From Paraspadella gotoi (taxonomy: Eukaryota > Animalia > Chaetognatha), in NCBI GenBank assembly GCA_051294375.1, contig CM119267.1:18490900-18554899 (forward strand): a stretch of 64,000 nucleotides of DNA. Direction: 5' to 3'. The notes below the pieces were generated by a model, which made no database searches, had not been told where the DNA came from, and saw nothing but the letters and a program-made list of their open reading frames with translations. Position numbers and translations under genes: made by a program. Positions 1-13,893 of this stretch are shown here, in pieces; the stretch's first letter is position 1, and every line of letters starts with the position of its first letter.

Positions 1-327
1 AAACAGAACAAAACAATATTTAAAGTCATCTAGAAAAGCGAACATCAAAAAGTCACTGCGTCACAGCACCTTGAAATTGGCGGTTCTTGTTATTACAATA
101 ACGGCTATCGGGCTCAACCCGAAATGGCACAAACTGACAAAAAATTAGGTAAAAGTTCATCCGACAAATAAGCAGATGAATAATAAATGAACGTATTGAT
201 CCACAGATGAATAAAAGTCTGATCATAAATGAATCCACTGATGAATAAAAGCCGATGAACGAATCCATGAAGGTTTCTTCCCGACAAGATCAAGATTTTA
301 AGTCTTTACACCCGCCACACCAGCAAT

Positions 328-2209
328 TTAAAACTGTTTCGGCATTGCCGTGTCCGTTCTATTTTTGAGATGACTCTCAGCGACGACGGCGAAGTGGTCG
401 CGACCTAGCAGCTTATACGCAAGCGGGAGAGTGTTTACCAATACGTCGTGAAATTTTTCGTGGCCGAAGGAGAAGGCGTCAAGAGCGAATTCGAGCCCCA
501 TCCCGTAGTCGCACTCGTCGTTGGCAAACTGCACGAAGGTTAGAATTTCCTGGATTGGGGCAAAGTTTTGTGTCTCCTCCACCGATCCGGCGGTCGCCGA
601 CGTCCACTTGGCGAAAAGTTTTTTCAGGTTCGTGTTTGTTTCTTTTTGTTTTGTTATAATTTTCATGGACAGTTGGCGGAAAAAGAAGAAAAGCGGAAAC
701 ATGGTAAAAAAAGAAAAGACATTATTAAACAATGACTTGGAAATGAACAGAGGATGGAGAAAAAGATGATATAAAAGCAGAAAACACTTCGTGAACGGCA
801 TAAATCTCAGCCGGACAAAGTCTCAGCAACGACAACTGCATTCAAAAAAACTCACCGGGTAATTCCCTATAGCCCACTTGAGTCTTCTTATCGTAGGGCA
901 CGACCATTCCGAGTCCGTGCAAAGGTTTGGCCACGACCTTTTTTTCGCGCTGCTTCTCAGCCTCGGTTTTCATGGAGCTATCTACTTCGTGACCCTTGAC
1001 CCTGGCGCGATCCTCCACCGCTTTAGCGAGGGCTTTGATCTTTTGTTTTTTCGCTGCGCGTCGTTCCAGTTTAAAAATACGGTGGCAATGCGCGGCGACG
1101 GCAGAAAAGACATTAGATCCCGCGCGTGACATGACGCATCCTGTCGAGAAGTTGTTTTTATGTTTATCAGTTTCGTCAAATAAGAATAAGGCTCATGAAC
1201 CATACCTTTCGACTTGCAAGAAGCCGCTACGAAAGCGGGCATTTCACTGGGATCATCTCGAAAATATCCGAAATGCAAACCTGGAAAGTAAATCTTTGAA
1301 ATAAATTATACATTATACCTTATACAAATCAATATAGTATGAAATAACACCGCGAACCTTCCAACTCTTCAAATTCGTCGGCTGTCTTTGGCGTGGCTGC
1401 GAGGATCGTCGTCATTTCCGGTGGATCGAGAAAGAATCTCCAGTGGAGCGTAAGGTCGGCGTCTGGGGGAATACTCTTTTTACTTCTTTTAACGGCTAAA
1501 ACGTCGAAAGGGCCAACGAGAAGGAGACCGGCGTCGTTGAGGGCGTTGACGGGGCTTAAGGGAGACGTTGAACAACAAAATTCCCAAAAGTCGTAGAGAT
1601 CTTTGGGAAATTCCATCGAGTACTTGGCCTTAGATAAAGGCAGAGGGAGATATATCCTGAGGCAGAAACCAATCGAAGAATCTTCATTCGACTCAGCTTC
1701 TTTCTCACCTTAAGAAAATCCCCGGTCTCGATCGGAGACTCGATTCTCGCATCGTCCCGCACACCGTCCCCGTCCGAAGTTTTTTCTTCGAGTTTTGTGG
1801 GCGAGACAAGCACGAGATAGTCGTCCTCGTCTTCCGAGTCTTTTTCATCTTCCAACGCTAATTTTTTGTCGACCGAATCGGCCCTCGTCTTTTGTTTCTC
1901 CTGGCAATTATCTTTCATTTTCAGCCGTTTAATTTCTTCCCCCGATTCTTCGATAGACGCTTTTCGCTTGCTTCCCGCCGCATGTTCATCTTTCCCCGGG
2001 GATGCGTCGATCATTGCCCCGGCGAGAAGGCTTGCAGACGCCGTAGCCTTCTCGGTATTTTGCTGTTCTTTCGTCATCGTCGGTCCTTTGGGAAAATCCC
2101 GAACCTCGTCTCGTTTATCTTCCTTTCGAGGCGGATGCGAGAACTGTTTCAAGTGCTCGGGATTTTTGCGATAACATTTATCCCAATATTTGCAGCGAGG
2201 TAAAGTCAT
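328..2209 (-). CDS. HPF1: Histone PARylation factor 1 with N-terminal PBZ zinc finger (5 exons; ~2209-1709, 1628-1358, 1280-~1206, 1140-~856, ~641-328)
   Basis: N-terminus CKYWDKCYRKNPEHLKQFSHP is a PBZ finger. The spliced product contains LHWRFFLDPPE, HFGYFRDDP, HGLGMVVP..VGYRELP and FANDECDYGMGLE, all HPF1 hallmarks. GT-AG introns keep the frame. Confidence 0.92.
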
Positions 2210-2548
2210 TTTCGTTGTAAAAGCTGAAAACTAAACCAAAAATTATAAATAGAATCTTATTTACAAAAACAATAAATATGTTACGAATGTTAGAGCCAAC
2301 GAGGTTATTTGCGACCAAAAAAGCGACAGAAGAAAAAAATTTCTGCAATGCTTTCAAATCTTGTACAAAAAATAAAAAAATATAACAAAAAAGTACGACT
2401 TATGGGCACCAACAATAACGTAATCTATGCTTGCCGCTATCAAGAAAATAAATCTCGACAGTTAACGAAAATTTCTAATCACAGTGGGGAGAGGGTCATT
2501 GCAGTAACAAGTATACCCTTATCACGAGCTCTTTTGTAAGCCTCCGAG

Positions 2549-5500
2549 TTATATGGGCAGATTTTCTTCGTGCGTGGAAGCTACAGCGGCCAACAACGGT
2601 ACGTCCGACATTTCAAATCCCAATAAATTCCTTAATTCTCGCTTATCCCGACACCTCCATTCCTGCAACGAGGGAAGAATCTTGTTAAAGATCAAACTCT
2701 TGAAATAAATCTCCTGTAACTTGTCTTCGAGCTGCATGAGACACATTTCGGGCGCGGCGTTTGCAGCCGAGACGCGAAACAAGTCTCGCAAAGACTCTGT
2801 CATGCCAACGACGAGATTGGCTGGAGTAACTGGAACGGGTGTTTTGGGATCGGACGCCTGACTCGAGTAAAGATCAACGGTGTAGTTGTCGAGGTCGGCG
2901 ACGATGCAGGATCCACTTAGGATTCTCTCGTCTAAAAATGAGTTTTCAACTTGTTGCGATAAGTGCTGAGGAAGTGTCTGTATGAACGTCCGGTCAGAAG
3001 TTCCTTGGAGAGCAAAATCAGGCCGAAACGCGACGTGGAAGTTACCCAAAAGTGAGTAGCCGAGATTTCCGGCCCACGGGTAATCGAGCATAAAAGGGTC
3101 ATTGACCGAACATCCATCTCCTCCCGTTGCATCCTCCATTCGCACGCAAGGAAGTTCGGTGGCGTCGAGGTCGGTCAAACTCGACGCAAATCGATTTCTT
3201 AATTCCGGGGCGACATCACGCGCCGATGCAATCTTGCCGCGCTTCGACGCTTCGCAAAATGATTCTTCCTTCAACGTCGAAGCACGACGCTTGGGTTCTT
3301 CTTCTTCCAGGGTCAGAGGTGGAATGAGAAGGAGCTCCTTGGGCGCGGGGGAGACATCCTTGGAGGCGCCACCGCTCTGAATAGATTCGAAGCCCTCGTC
3401 CGACTGACAAGTGGAAGAAGCTTTTGAGCTGGATCCAGAGTCAACAGAGTTGGCATCGCCTCGAAACATCGATGGCGAGAGCTCCGATGTCTTTCTCGAT
3501 ATGGAAACATCGTCAACCACGAGAGCGTCCTTTTCGCGCTTATGATCACAATCAGCTCGGTCGATGACGTCTTCAACGTTCGGCAACAAACTCACCCCTA
3601 CGGCGCCGCGGTTGATTGGAACAGTCTCAAAGCAACCAGAATCCTCAAACCGTCGGCTAGGCAGATCGGCGGGACGATTCGCCTGGTCCGGTGCGGTGGG
3701 AGAAACGGGCGCATCGATAGTTCTTGATTCATCGCCGAGTGTCTGTGGACGCCGTTCCAACACAGTGTTGGATCGAGGTCGACACATCGGAAGGCCATCG
3801 TCGCTTCGATCGTCGTCGCTGCTGTCGATGTCGTCAGTTTTTGTAGACTCGACAGTCTTATCGTCGAAATCTCGGGGCAGAGCAGCGACGACGGTGTCGA
3901 CGCTGCGAGTGGAGACGGTGCTCTCTTGAAACAACAATTGGTTTAAAGCTTGATCCCAAAAGTCCGTCGGAAACGAGGCTGAAGAAAAAGTTGAGCCAGT
4001 AATAATTAGCCAAGACGATATTCGTTTGTCAAAAATAAGAAAAAAAAATCATTTAATAAACTTACCGGGACATTCGGCGGTAAGGTCCGAACACCTAATG
4101 AAATAGCTGAGAACAAACAGCAGGTCCCGAACGACTTCTTTTTTCGATCCGACAAGGACGGTTTGAGTGACTTTTAGCGGAAAGGCGACGGCGCCGAAAA
4201 GGTCGCCCAGTTGACCCCAAAGGGGGTTGTAAGAACTGGTCTTGACAAGTTCATCCAGCCAAGGGGCAACGCGCTTCTGGAGATACTGTCGAGATTTCGC
4301 CGACGGCGGCGTGATCGAAGGTGAAACTGTGGTCACCCACGCCAGATGATGCGTGAGAACTGCGGTGAGCAAAGAGCTGAAGAAGAAATTGGAATGTTTC
4401 GTGTCCAACCGGTCGACGAGTTGAGATAGCTTCCACAAGAGGCTGTAACAGACGGCGCGTCGATCGGCCACGCCGCCGCTTTTGTTGGTAGCCGAGGGAA
4501 AATTCGAGGTCGCCGACGTAAGGCGAAGCCACGCCGGGTGAGGAAGGCGAGGCGAAGAGATGAGATCGTAAAGGTGGGCGCGAAAGGTTTCAAGCGCCGC
4601 GGTCAAGGCGTGAATGAAGTCTTTCTTGTTGCAGATGGCTGCTTCAACGGCGACGCGAAGCCGTCTGAGTCGAGCCTCAAGCAGCGCCGCGTGAGTAAAA
4701 AGGAAAGTTTTAATAGCGAGAACCGTTTGATGTGACGCGTCATCGTCGAGAGAAATGATGACTGACAGCGCAAGTTTGGATGGCGCGGGTTTCTGTAGAC
4801 AAAAAAGGAAGGATTAACAAATTATTTATTTACGTATTTATATAATAACTTTTTTTAAATAAAAGGAATGCTCAGTTTTGCTCATTGATCATGCTATCGA
4901 CCCATAAACAAAAATACGTATCGTTAAGATTTTTCATGTAAACAAAGGAGCTTAAAAGGCGCTTTCGAGATAAGTTTAGTCACCGAAATTGAAATTAAAT
5001 TTACCATGATGGAAAAAAAAATTGTCACGGTTTGGAAAAGTCGGTTAATTTCATTATTAAATATATTTTTTAGCTAATAAATAAGTTTTAATATATAATA
5101 TGATCTTTTTAAGAATGAATAAAAATATTTTTTAATATCATTAAATTATTTAACACACCTATTTTTGAACAAAAGGATTATTTACATTATTATTAATTAC
5201 TATTAATCATCATTTGTTATTTTGTATTAACCTTTCTCTTTTCTTATACAGATCATGTGATATAATTATTGATCAGCCCATGTCGGGGTTTTATATTATG
5301 ATCTATTTTCTCAGTTCCTTATTCTAAACATTTCAAATGATTAATAATGCCTTTGGCCGTCCTTACCTTTTGCTGCAGATTGAGCATGATTTCACAAGAA
5401 TCTTATTTGATCTCCAATAACCACCGAACTTACCCAAACCGTTTCAAGCTGAATCGAGGTGAGCTCTCTACCATAAATACCGCTCATCAATTACAATTAT

Positions 5501-8049
5501 ACCTCAGATATAAAATTTTTTATAATAAATAATTAAAAAAATTAATCCCCTATAAAATAAACTAAGCTTGAATTATTACTGCATAATGAAATGATTTATT
5601 GTCTTTAACTTCAATAAAATTTTTGATTTTTTTTTTAAACTCGTTTGATACTTGATTCTGATAATATATCTAAAAATAAATAAAAATAATAACTTTGCTT
5701 ACAAAAAAATAACCTGAAGCCTTATAACTTTTATTAATACTTTATAATATAAAAAATATTCTGAAATATTTACAATATTAATATATTTTTAATATCATTT
5801 TTTATATATTAATTAAGATTCATCCCTGAATTTATCTTAATGGAAATGATACAATAACCATTTGATATGAGATAGAAAAAAAATATGCATATGAAAAAGA
5901 TAAAAAAGAATAACATTTTTTTAGACAACTCATTTTCTTTTGTATAGAACTCTTTTTTATCGTACATAAATAATATAAAACTAAAAAAAATTACAAAAAA
6001 ACAAAATTTATCAATATTTAAATTTTATTTTTCGAATCTTACTGCGACAATTTTTTTTCCATCACGGTATTATCATTCATCATCGCCTCTTGGATTATGT
6101 CACCGACCTTCCCACTCGAAGATATCGAACTTTTCGAGAACTTATTCTCCAAATTTTGTCGACTGCCAAACTTCTCGCCCGCATTGCCATCCGAATGATT
6201 GTTTCGACCCATAAGTTCCAAAGAAGTGACTTGATTGCGCATCCATCGTTTATGGACGGACGCGTAACTGCTGCTCAAAGCTGAGCTAACATTGCTGCTG
6301 CAAGTGCTGCTAGACGGAGACAAGCTGCGAAAATGACGACAGGGAGATTTGTAGGAGTCACTCGTGGAGCTGGAGTAGCTTGAGGGGATTAATTGTTCTT
6401 CGTCTGAAAAGGAAGTTAAGAAATAAATTAGGTTTATGACGTTGGGCTTGTTAATTTGTAAAATCGACGTTATCATACCATCAGGTCCGCGAAGCGACAG
6501 AAAAGGAACGTCAACGGGTTTAGACTTTGAAAGCATCCGCTGTTCGACTCCTCCATCGGGACCCAAGCTCGTCGAAGAGGCCGACTTTCCCACCGGGACG
6601 CTCCTCTGGATCGAAGGACTAGGTCTGTCTTGATGTCTCTTCTGAGAATTCGCCAAGTTGCCGTGACTGCTGCAACCGCGGCGAATCGTCGGGGTCGATG
6701 CTGGAGAAGTCGACGACGGCAACTGATTCGGACTCAACGCGACTTCCGGCTCGAGACGCTGAGGGTCCGACTCGTGGGACGAGAGTTGAACGTAAAAGCG
6801 ACTGTTGGACGAGAGCGGATGAGTCGGAGGAAGAAGAGCGGGTCCAGGATCGGATTCAATCGAGAGGCGATCCGACGACAGGCTCGACTACAGGAAACGA
6901 AGAAGGATGTTTATTTTTTGTCTCTCTGTCTCTCCCTCTCTGTCTCTCTTTCTCACCGTATTGTCTTTTGAATTATTAGCAGTTCCCGGCAAAAAGGTAA
7001 ACACTTCCGATAACATGAGTTGATGCGGGGCCCGTATCTCGTGAATCTTCAAGTTTGATCCGGCAGATTTCATTGGAAGTGCGCCAAAGGCCATCTCGCC
7101 TAGGTGAGTTGAAAAGTTAAAAATAAAAATAATCGCCACACTACACTTAAAAATTACTCAAATTCAAATTAACCCAGCATTTTGACGTCTGGCGATAACT
7201 TGCAGAGCTGGTACTTCACGTTGCCGGAAACCGTGAAATGTGGCGCCGACTGTGTTGGCGACGGTTTCGGCAGCGACTTGGCTCGCGCGTTCTCCGGCAA
7301 TTCCAGAGGTAGAATTAGCGAGGAGCCGCAAGGTCGAACCCCGCGAGGCCATGATCTAGCGGGCATCGAAAAGTAAAAAAAACAAAAAAATGAACATATC
7401 GCGTCAGGAAGTCATTATTATATTATCTTAGATTCTAACATTTCCCTACCAAGAATGAGAAATGAGTTCGCGTTGAATTCTCATTAAATTTTAATTATGG
7501 ACGTACTTGGTTAACGAACAGGATATTTAAAATCAAGAATATCTCGCTTTATTTTTAAATACAAAGTAAACATTAAAACTGAAAAATCGATTCCGGTTAA
7601 CCGAAGACCGACGACGAGACGAAAAAAAAGTTGATAAAAATCATCGGAATTACCTCGAGGCCTCGCAGCGAAGTTTACATGACTGATTGGCCTGAGTCGG
7701 CGGGGTTTCCTCGACTCGACGAATCGCCTTCGAGTCATAAAGCGGAACTCGAGCCGATCCTCGCTCCTCCAAAACCACCAGCCTGAGAGATGACAGAGGA
7801 GAAAAAGGGCGGATTGGTTTTGACGGGATAAGAAAAAAAACAAACAAGAAATGTAATTGCAGTGCAACTTAATACATATTCTGAAATAATTCTATGATAT
7901 TTCGACAGTTGTATTTATATTTTTAGGTGTACTCACCGCACGGAAGACTTTTCAAAGGCCAACGGCAAAGGTGGGTCGTTGTTGACGACGTCGAATTCAG
8001 CCGAAGCCGTCGAAAATTTTCTGCCGAACAATTTGGCAAAGACGCTCAT
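2549..8049 (-). CDS. FNIP: Folliculin-interacting protein (FNIP1/2 orthologue), 8 exons
   Basis: ATG at 8049 gives MSVFAKLFGRK...VR|LVVLEERGSARVPLYDS. Later exons give KYQ..DVKMLGEMAFGALPMKSAGSNLKIHEIR, LLTAVLTHHLAWV, YNPLWGQLGDLFGA, LSYFIRCS, CIVADLD and CLMQLEDKLQEIYFKS, matching the FNIP N/M/C domains. Confidence 0.92.
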
Positions 8050-8194
8050 CGTTTCCTCTCTGGTTGTTTTCGGAGATTGATTCACGTCGTCCGGTGCATC
8101 CTCCTATCGGTCGGCCCTCGGGCAGAGCAGCGCGGAGGACGAGTGTAACTCGAGCGCGAAGAGCTTTTTTATTACGATCGAAGCGTATCGATGG

Positions 8195-8302
<108 letters not shown>

Positions 8303-9955
8303 AGTCCAACGGGCAGATAACGTTGGGAAACGACCTCGACGAAATCCCCTGAGAGCGGCTCCCCCCCCTCCAGAAAAATAAAAAGAAAAACGACGACGAC
8401 GGCAACGGTCGCTCGAAATAAAACGTCACGTGACTGGAAAAACCGGATTTGGCCGTTGGCCGTCGAAGAGAAAGAAAGACGAGCGAGAAAATAATCCCTC
8501 GCGCTCGATCATCGTCGTTCGGCCGCCGATCGGGGAAAGAAAATTCGGACCGAGAACCGTTTCGATAACAGTTCGTCGCCGCGATTGTCTCTTCTTTTTC
8601 CGTTCGCAGTCCTCGTTGACAGAGATTCGGGTTTTTTTTTTTTCCTTTTTACTTCCTAGTAGGAATCCTACTCAAGGGAGACGAAAATCGGAAGCTCTCG
8701 CGGGAGGGATGATAAAACCGTTGGAGAGAAGGACAGGAGACTACATTTTGGAATTTGTTTTGGATTTGTACTAAGCGTTTTATATATCAGACGGTATAAC
8801 TAAGTCATTGGATTTCTTTCAAGAGGTCGATGACGAATCAGGATTGGTTGGGATTCGAAGCTCGACTTTGTCATTTTCAAGATTTCTGAATTCGAGCACA
8901 TGATGACGAAAAATAAATGAGTTTTCGATTTCTGTCCGGATCGGAAATTGTATTCTTTTTTTTTTAATCGTCGAGGAAACACTAGGTCCTCAAGTTACTT
9001 ATTTAGGCGTTTTTCTTTTTATTTTCCTTTTCTGGATCGAAGCTAAGGGAGCGACTGGAAGAAGAGAACCGCCACGCCGACACTCATTTTTTTTTAGAGT
9101 CAGATGATCATTGATCACGAGTTTGGAATTAGGACCGACGCAATAAACAGAAAATACAAAACTCCTACTCGTCAGATTGTGAAACATTTAATCGAAAGAT
9201 TTCTTATGGAAAAAAAAGGAGGTGGGTCCTAAAAATAAAAACGAAAGCATAAATGGGGTGTGTAAAGAGAAAAACGTAAAAAATAAATGTATATAGTACG
9301 CGAGGTAAAGGTAAATACAGTTTCACATGTACAAATAAATAATTTCATATTTTAAACAATTACAGAAAATAAATTTCGTTCTGAACATTTCACCAAGGTT
9401 GTTAAATTTGAATATTTTTTAAAAATCGGTACAAAAATAACATTTCAAACCACAATATTATTAGCATAGATAAAGATTTTGCTAAAAAAAGTAAAATGGT
9501 GGTAAAGGACATCCACAATAACAGAAACCAAATAAATGGCGACCATAACTTTTTTTTATTATTAGACGAAAAAGGTTTTAAGACTTCAATCGGGTAACCA
9601 TCAAAAAATAACTAAGAGAAACAATGATAATTGTAATCAATCATGTATTTTAGTAGTCGTTTTTTTTTTCTCGCATCTTGCGGTTTTGAGGACTTTGGTG
9701 TCAGCTACTGTGGATGTCTGTGTACTTGACTAGATTAAAGTGGGATCTTTACCACAAAAGAAAAAAAAATCGGATTTTAAGTATTCGCAGGCACTTGTTT
9801 TTCTCAGTTTAACCACGTACATACACGACGTGTTTTTTTTCAATTGAGCAAAGGCCGACGCCCTAAAACATAAAACAAAACAATTCAAGATATTGCGAGA
9901 TTCGGAAAAAGAAAAAGAAATATTGGCCGAAATCCCCTCCCGCTCCCAATCTCCA

Positions 9956-11071
9956 TCATACGACATCAAAGAAGTCCCTGCCGATTTCCTCGGATGCCAC
10001 GCTGAGGGTGCGATTCCGCTCTATTTCGATCGAAGAAGCGTCCTTAGTTCGAGCTTCTCGCTCCACTTCAATCCCGTTTCCTCCAACATTTCGCTCAGCC
10101 TCGTCGATTTTCTCCTTCAACCGCAGGAGGCTGTTCACTGCCGCAGATTCTTCCTCCAGTCGCTCGTCAACCATCCGCTTGTAGAACTTAAAGGCGAAGG
10201 CGACGAGTAGGATGAGGAGTGGAATGACGACGGCGACGCCCACGTAGGAGGCGATCGGGGATAAGCGGACGAACTTGATCCAGCAAAGCAGACCAACCTC
10301 TACGAGGAAGAGAAGGATGCCAATACCGGTGGAGAAGATCCAAGCGATCTCCACGAAAAACCGCAGGGATTCGTAGGGTATTTCGTCGAGGGCTGATAAG
10401 CTAAAACATGAAGGGTTGGGAAATCTCTGTTTCGTAAAGATAACCAGAAAACGCATCGACAATAGCAAGGCAAAAAAGAAAATTTCTAACCTTAAACCGC
10501 TTGGTTTCTTGAGAATTTTCCATCTGTTATTCACACCGCTTGTTAAGCGAGATGGAGGGTTGACGGTTTCGAGTGAGGGTAGAATGCAAGTCGAGATCAG
10601 CAGTGACAAAGTGTGAGTGGCGATGAGGAGCGTCGTCACCGCAGCAAAGATCGCGTACCACACTTTGTCATCCTCTGTCGGCGAATTGTTGAGTTGCAAT
10701 TCCACCTAGATTAACAATAATTATCTTGTAAGAGTGATGGAGGCCTTAAACCACCAAAGCCTGTCCAAAGTCAGGGGCAAGATAGCTTATTTATTAAATG
10801 AATGGATAACTTTTATATTGGTTGTACCGATTTCATAAAGGCTTAGACATAGCCGGGGAAACAGAAAAATAATTTTTTCCCCAAGTAAACTGTCAATTTT
10901 ATAAATACGAACCATAGCGACCATGGCGAAGCCGCTGAGCAAGGCGGACGTTCTCGATGTGGCTTTGAGCTTGGCGCGGTCCAAGAGGAATCTCCGCCAA
11001 CGCCTCGACGAAGGCGATCGGGAGTTGGCTAATGGATCTCTGTTTTCGCTGCGCTTTTCCAAGCCCTCCAT
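9956..11071 (-). CDS. ORAI: Orai (CRAC channel pore subunit), 3 exons (~11071-10913, 10705-~10537, ~10392-9956)
   Basis: [22 protein letters not shown]|VELQL covers TM1 with the selectivity-filter Glu. Also present: [29 protein letters not shown] (TM3), CWIKF and VAFAFKFY. Confidence 0.95.
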
Positions 11072-11562
11072 GACGTTGGCGAAAGTGTAGCGGAAACATT
11101 CTCATCACAGTCTTTTGATTTTCATGCTCTCTGAGAGATTAGCGTTTTTGACAGAGCGAGATTTATCTATCAATGGCCAAAATTAAAGTTTTTCTAGTTA
11201 TATTAATTTAAAGGAAGGATATTTCCATATTAATGCTTTTAAAACAGCTATTCACGAATTAAAAAAAAAATATTTTTATAAACCATGTGCATTGTGCAAT
11301 TTTGTGAACAAATGCCCAACAAAAGCACTTAGGCAACTGCACAGGATCAGTTGGAAGTTGCCAATAGGGTGGGATAGCTTTTACTTTTATTTTGTTCACC
11401 TTATCTACCGTAGAAGAAATTTGTCACGTTTCGTAAATTTTTATTTTTTATAAAGACACGGGTAGTGGGTGAGCGGAAAAACAAGAATAGGTTAAGAATT
11501 GTAGGTTTGCTCAGTAAAGTTTATTGAAATATTCATTACGTAAGTAAATTCTGAAAATTTTC

Positions 11563-11790
11563 TCAAGACGATTTGAACGAATTAAATAAATTTTCTAGGT
11601 AAATATTGATATCAAAATGGACTAAAGGCGACTGTTCATTCCTTCTCAGCAGCATAGCCACAAATGCAACGGGTCCTACCTTTGTAATAACCAGGTTTAG
11701 GCGGTTGCCACGCAGGAACGATACGGGATTGGTATCGAACTCGGGACCATGAGCCACCGGGACATTGAAAAGGACAAGTTCAAAAGGCAT
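11563..11790 (-). CDS. Candidate 75-aa small ORF of unknown function (possible extra cistron)
   Basis: TAG acceptor 6 nt before the ATG and AATAAA ~38 nt after the stop. GC-richer than the flanks. No family recognised. Confidence 0.25.
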   Translation of the reverse strand: MPFELVLFNVPVAHGPEFDTNPVSFLRGNRLNLVITKVGPVAFVAMLLRRNEQSPLVHFDINIYLENLFNSFKSS

Positions 11791-12342
11791 ATTTTTCTAT
11801 ACCGCTTAAATTAAACCATAACAAAACACCGACCAAACGAAAAATATTTTTTATTTAATCAGCAAGTTAAGCGTTTTTTTAAAAAAATCTTGAATTGATT
11901 ATATTTTAAGCTTATGTACTATTTGTATAAAAAATTAAGTCTGAGGTACTAAATAGTCAAATTAAATTTAAATCCAATTATATTAAAATGAAAGGAGGGG
12001 AATAGAATGCAGGTAATGAGATCAGACTGATGGCGAAATAAAAATGACAAACTATCGCTAAACCGACAAGGCATTAAAATTAGGAGTAAAAATATCTAAG
12101 CCAACTCATATTTGCACCTCAAATTTTAATTTATTTAGAGGGCCCAAAAGACAAATTACAGTAAAACTCATTATGAGAAAAATAATAATAATCGAATAAA
12201 TCGTGACTTAGAATTTTATTTACAAAAAATGAGAAAAATTGCAAACCAAAACAAAGAATTTCAAAAAACAGGGTTAACTTCGGCCGACGAGTCCAAGGGA
12301 TTCAAGTCCCAAAAAGAAGCGCTACTCTCGCTCCGCTCCATA

Positions 12343-13893
12343 TTAATTGGAGTAGAGATTCTGGAGTCTGTCGCAAGAGGGAGTCTTATAGTTTTTACCC
12401 TTTTCGAAAAGGTTGGGGTCGTTGAATTGTCTCGCCCGCCACAGGGTGTTCTCCTTCAAGGAGCGTTCTTGGAGGCATTTTCCCCGCAGTTGGCTAACCC
12501 AGTCATCCTCGACGCCGCGCTCGACCTGACGAAGGCTGCCCCGATAATCCTTAAGGAAGTCAGGCTTGACGTAGTAGGTGACGCCGAATCTTTGGGTGAC
12601 CCGGCGGTTGCTGTACTTGTCCGTTTGGTGAAGGGAGTAGGGCGAGTCTTGAACAAAGAAACTCGAAGCCAAAGACAGGACGATGAGAAGCAGAATGGGC
12701 ATCAGTTGAACAAAAAGCGTGTATGTTGACTCCTGAAGTTAAATAGTATGTAGATAAATAGTAATAAAAAAACCCAAAAAAATCACTTTATTACAAACTG
12801 TTTTTATTCAAAAAGCGAAGAAAATATCTCGAAATATAATGTTAATAACAATAAACTAAAAGCCAAGGAAAAACTCATAAAAACAGTGAATATTAATATT
12901 TGAAAAACCAGCAAGTCGGCTGTCTCCTTAGCATCAATAGAGATTGGGGATAAAGAAAAAAGACTGCTACCTTTAGTCAAGCTTCAGTAAGACGGGCATC
13001 GCTTTTTAAAGCGCAGGTCATGAAAACAACTAACGTTTCTCACTTGTGGTTGGGATTGTTGACTATTGTGACTATGTTGATGACCGGATCTGAAGTTTCT
13101 CCGATGTACGTAAACGTTGTTGCTCGGCATTCCGCCGCCGAAGAACATGTTGAATAGCTCCTCGGCCGAAATATCAGCTTCGAAGCCCCGCGTGTAGTCG
13201 TCATGGTAGCGATGTCGCCGGCTCGTCCGCACCGTGGGTTCGTCTGCGCCGTACAAGTCGTACTTTTCCTTTTTCTCCGGATCACTGTTTCAACGGAGGA
13301 AAAGGACAAAATTAAGAAAAGTCGTGATGACCTGCAAAAGATTATCTGTTGGACATAATAGATATATATATATATATATGTTCTTGCCTCAGAACGGCGA
13401 ATGCGTTGCCAACGGCCTTGAATGCTTCCGTCGCCCCGGGGGCTTTGTTTTTGTCCGGGTGAAGCTGCAACGCTAGTTTGCGGTAGGCCTTCTTCAAAGT
13501 GTTCTCGTCGAAGTCCTTGGGCACGCCGAGGATTTCGTAGTAATCCTTACATTTCCGCACTTTCTTCACGGTCTCCATCTGATCGGGAGTATAATCCTTC
13601 TCTGCGGAGGAACCGCAAGGTCTGGACGCCGACGGACTGGCGCCATTTTGGTAAGACGACGGCTTTGATCTCCTGGTGGCATCTCCGTCGCCCGTGGGAG
13701 GCGGCGACGGGGACGGCGACGATTGGGTGGGTCGGTTCTCCTTTATGATAGCCAGGAGCTCTTTGGCTTGACGGGTCGGGTAAAGTTTCTCCGCTTTCTC
13801 CAAAAACCGTTGAGCCTTCTCCGCGTTTCCTTCCGCAATGCAACGCCGGGCGATGTCGATGCAGCGCTGGCATTCGTCTTTGTTGCCTTCCAT
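12343..13893 (-). CDS. DNAJB12: ER-membrane J-domain co-chaperone DNAJB12/14-like, 3 exons
   Basis: MEGNKDE start; J domain [42 protein letters not shown]; [18 protein letters not shown]; TM segment [12 protein letters not shown]; C-terminal luminal domain YYVKPDF..C..PSC. Confidence 0.92.
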
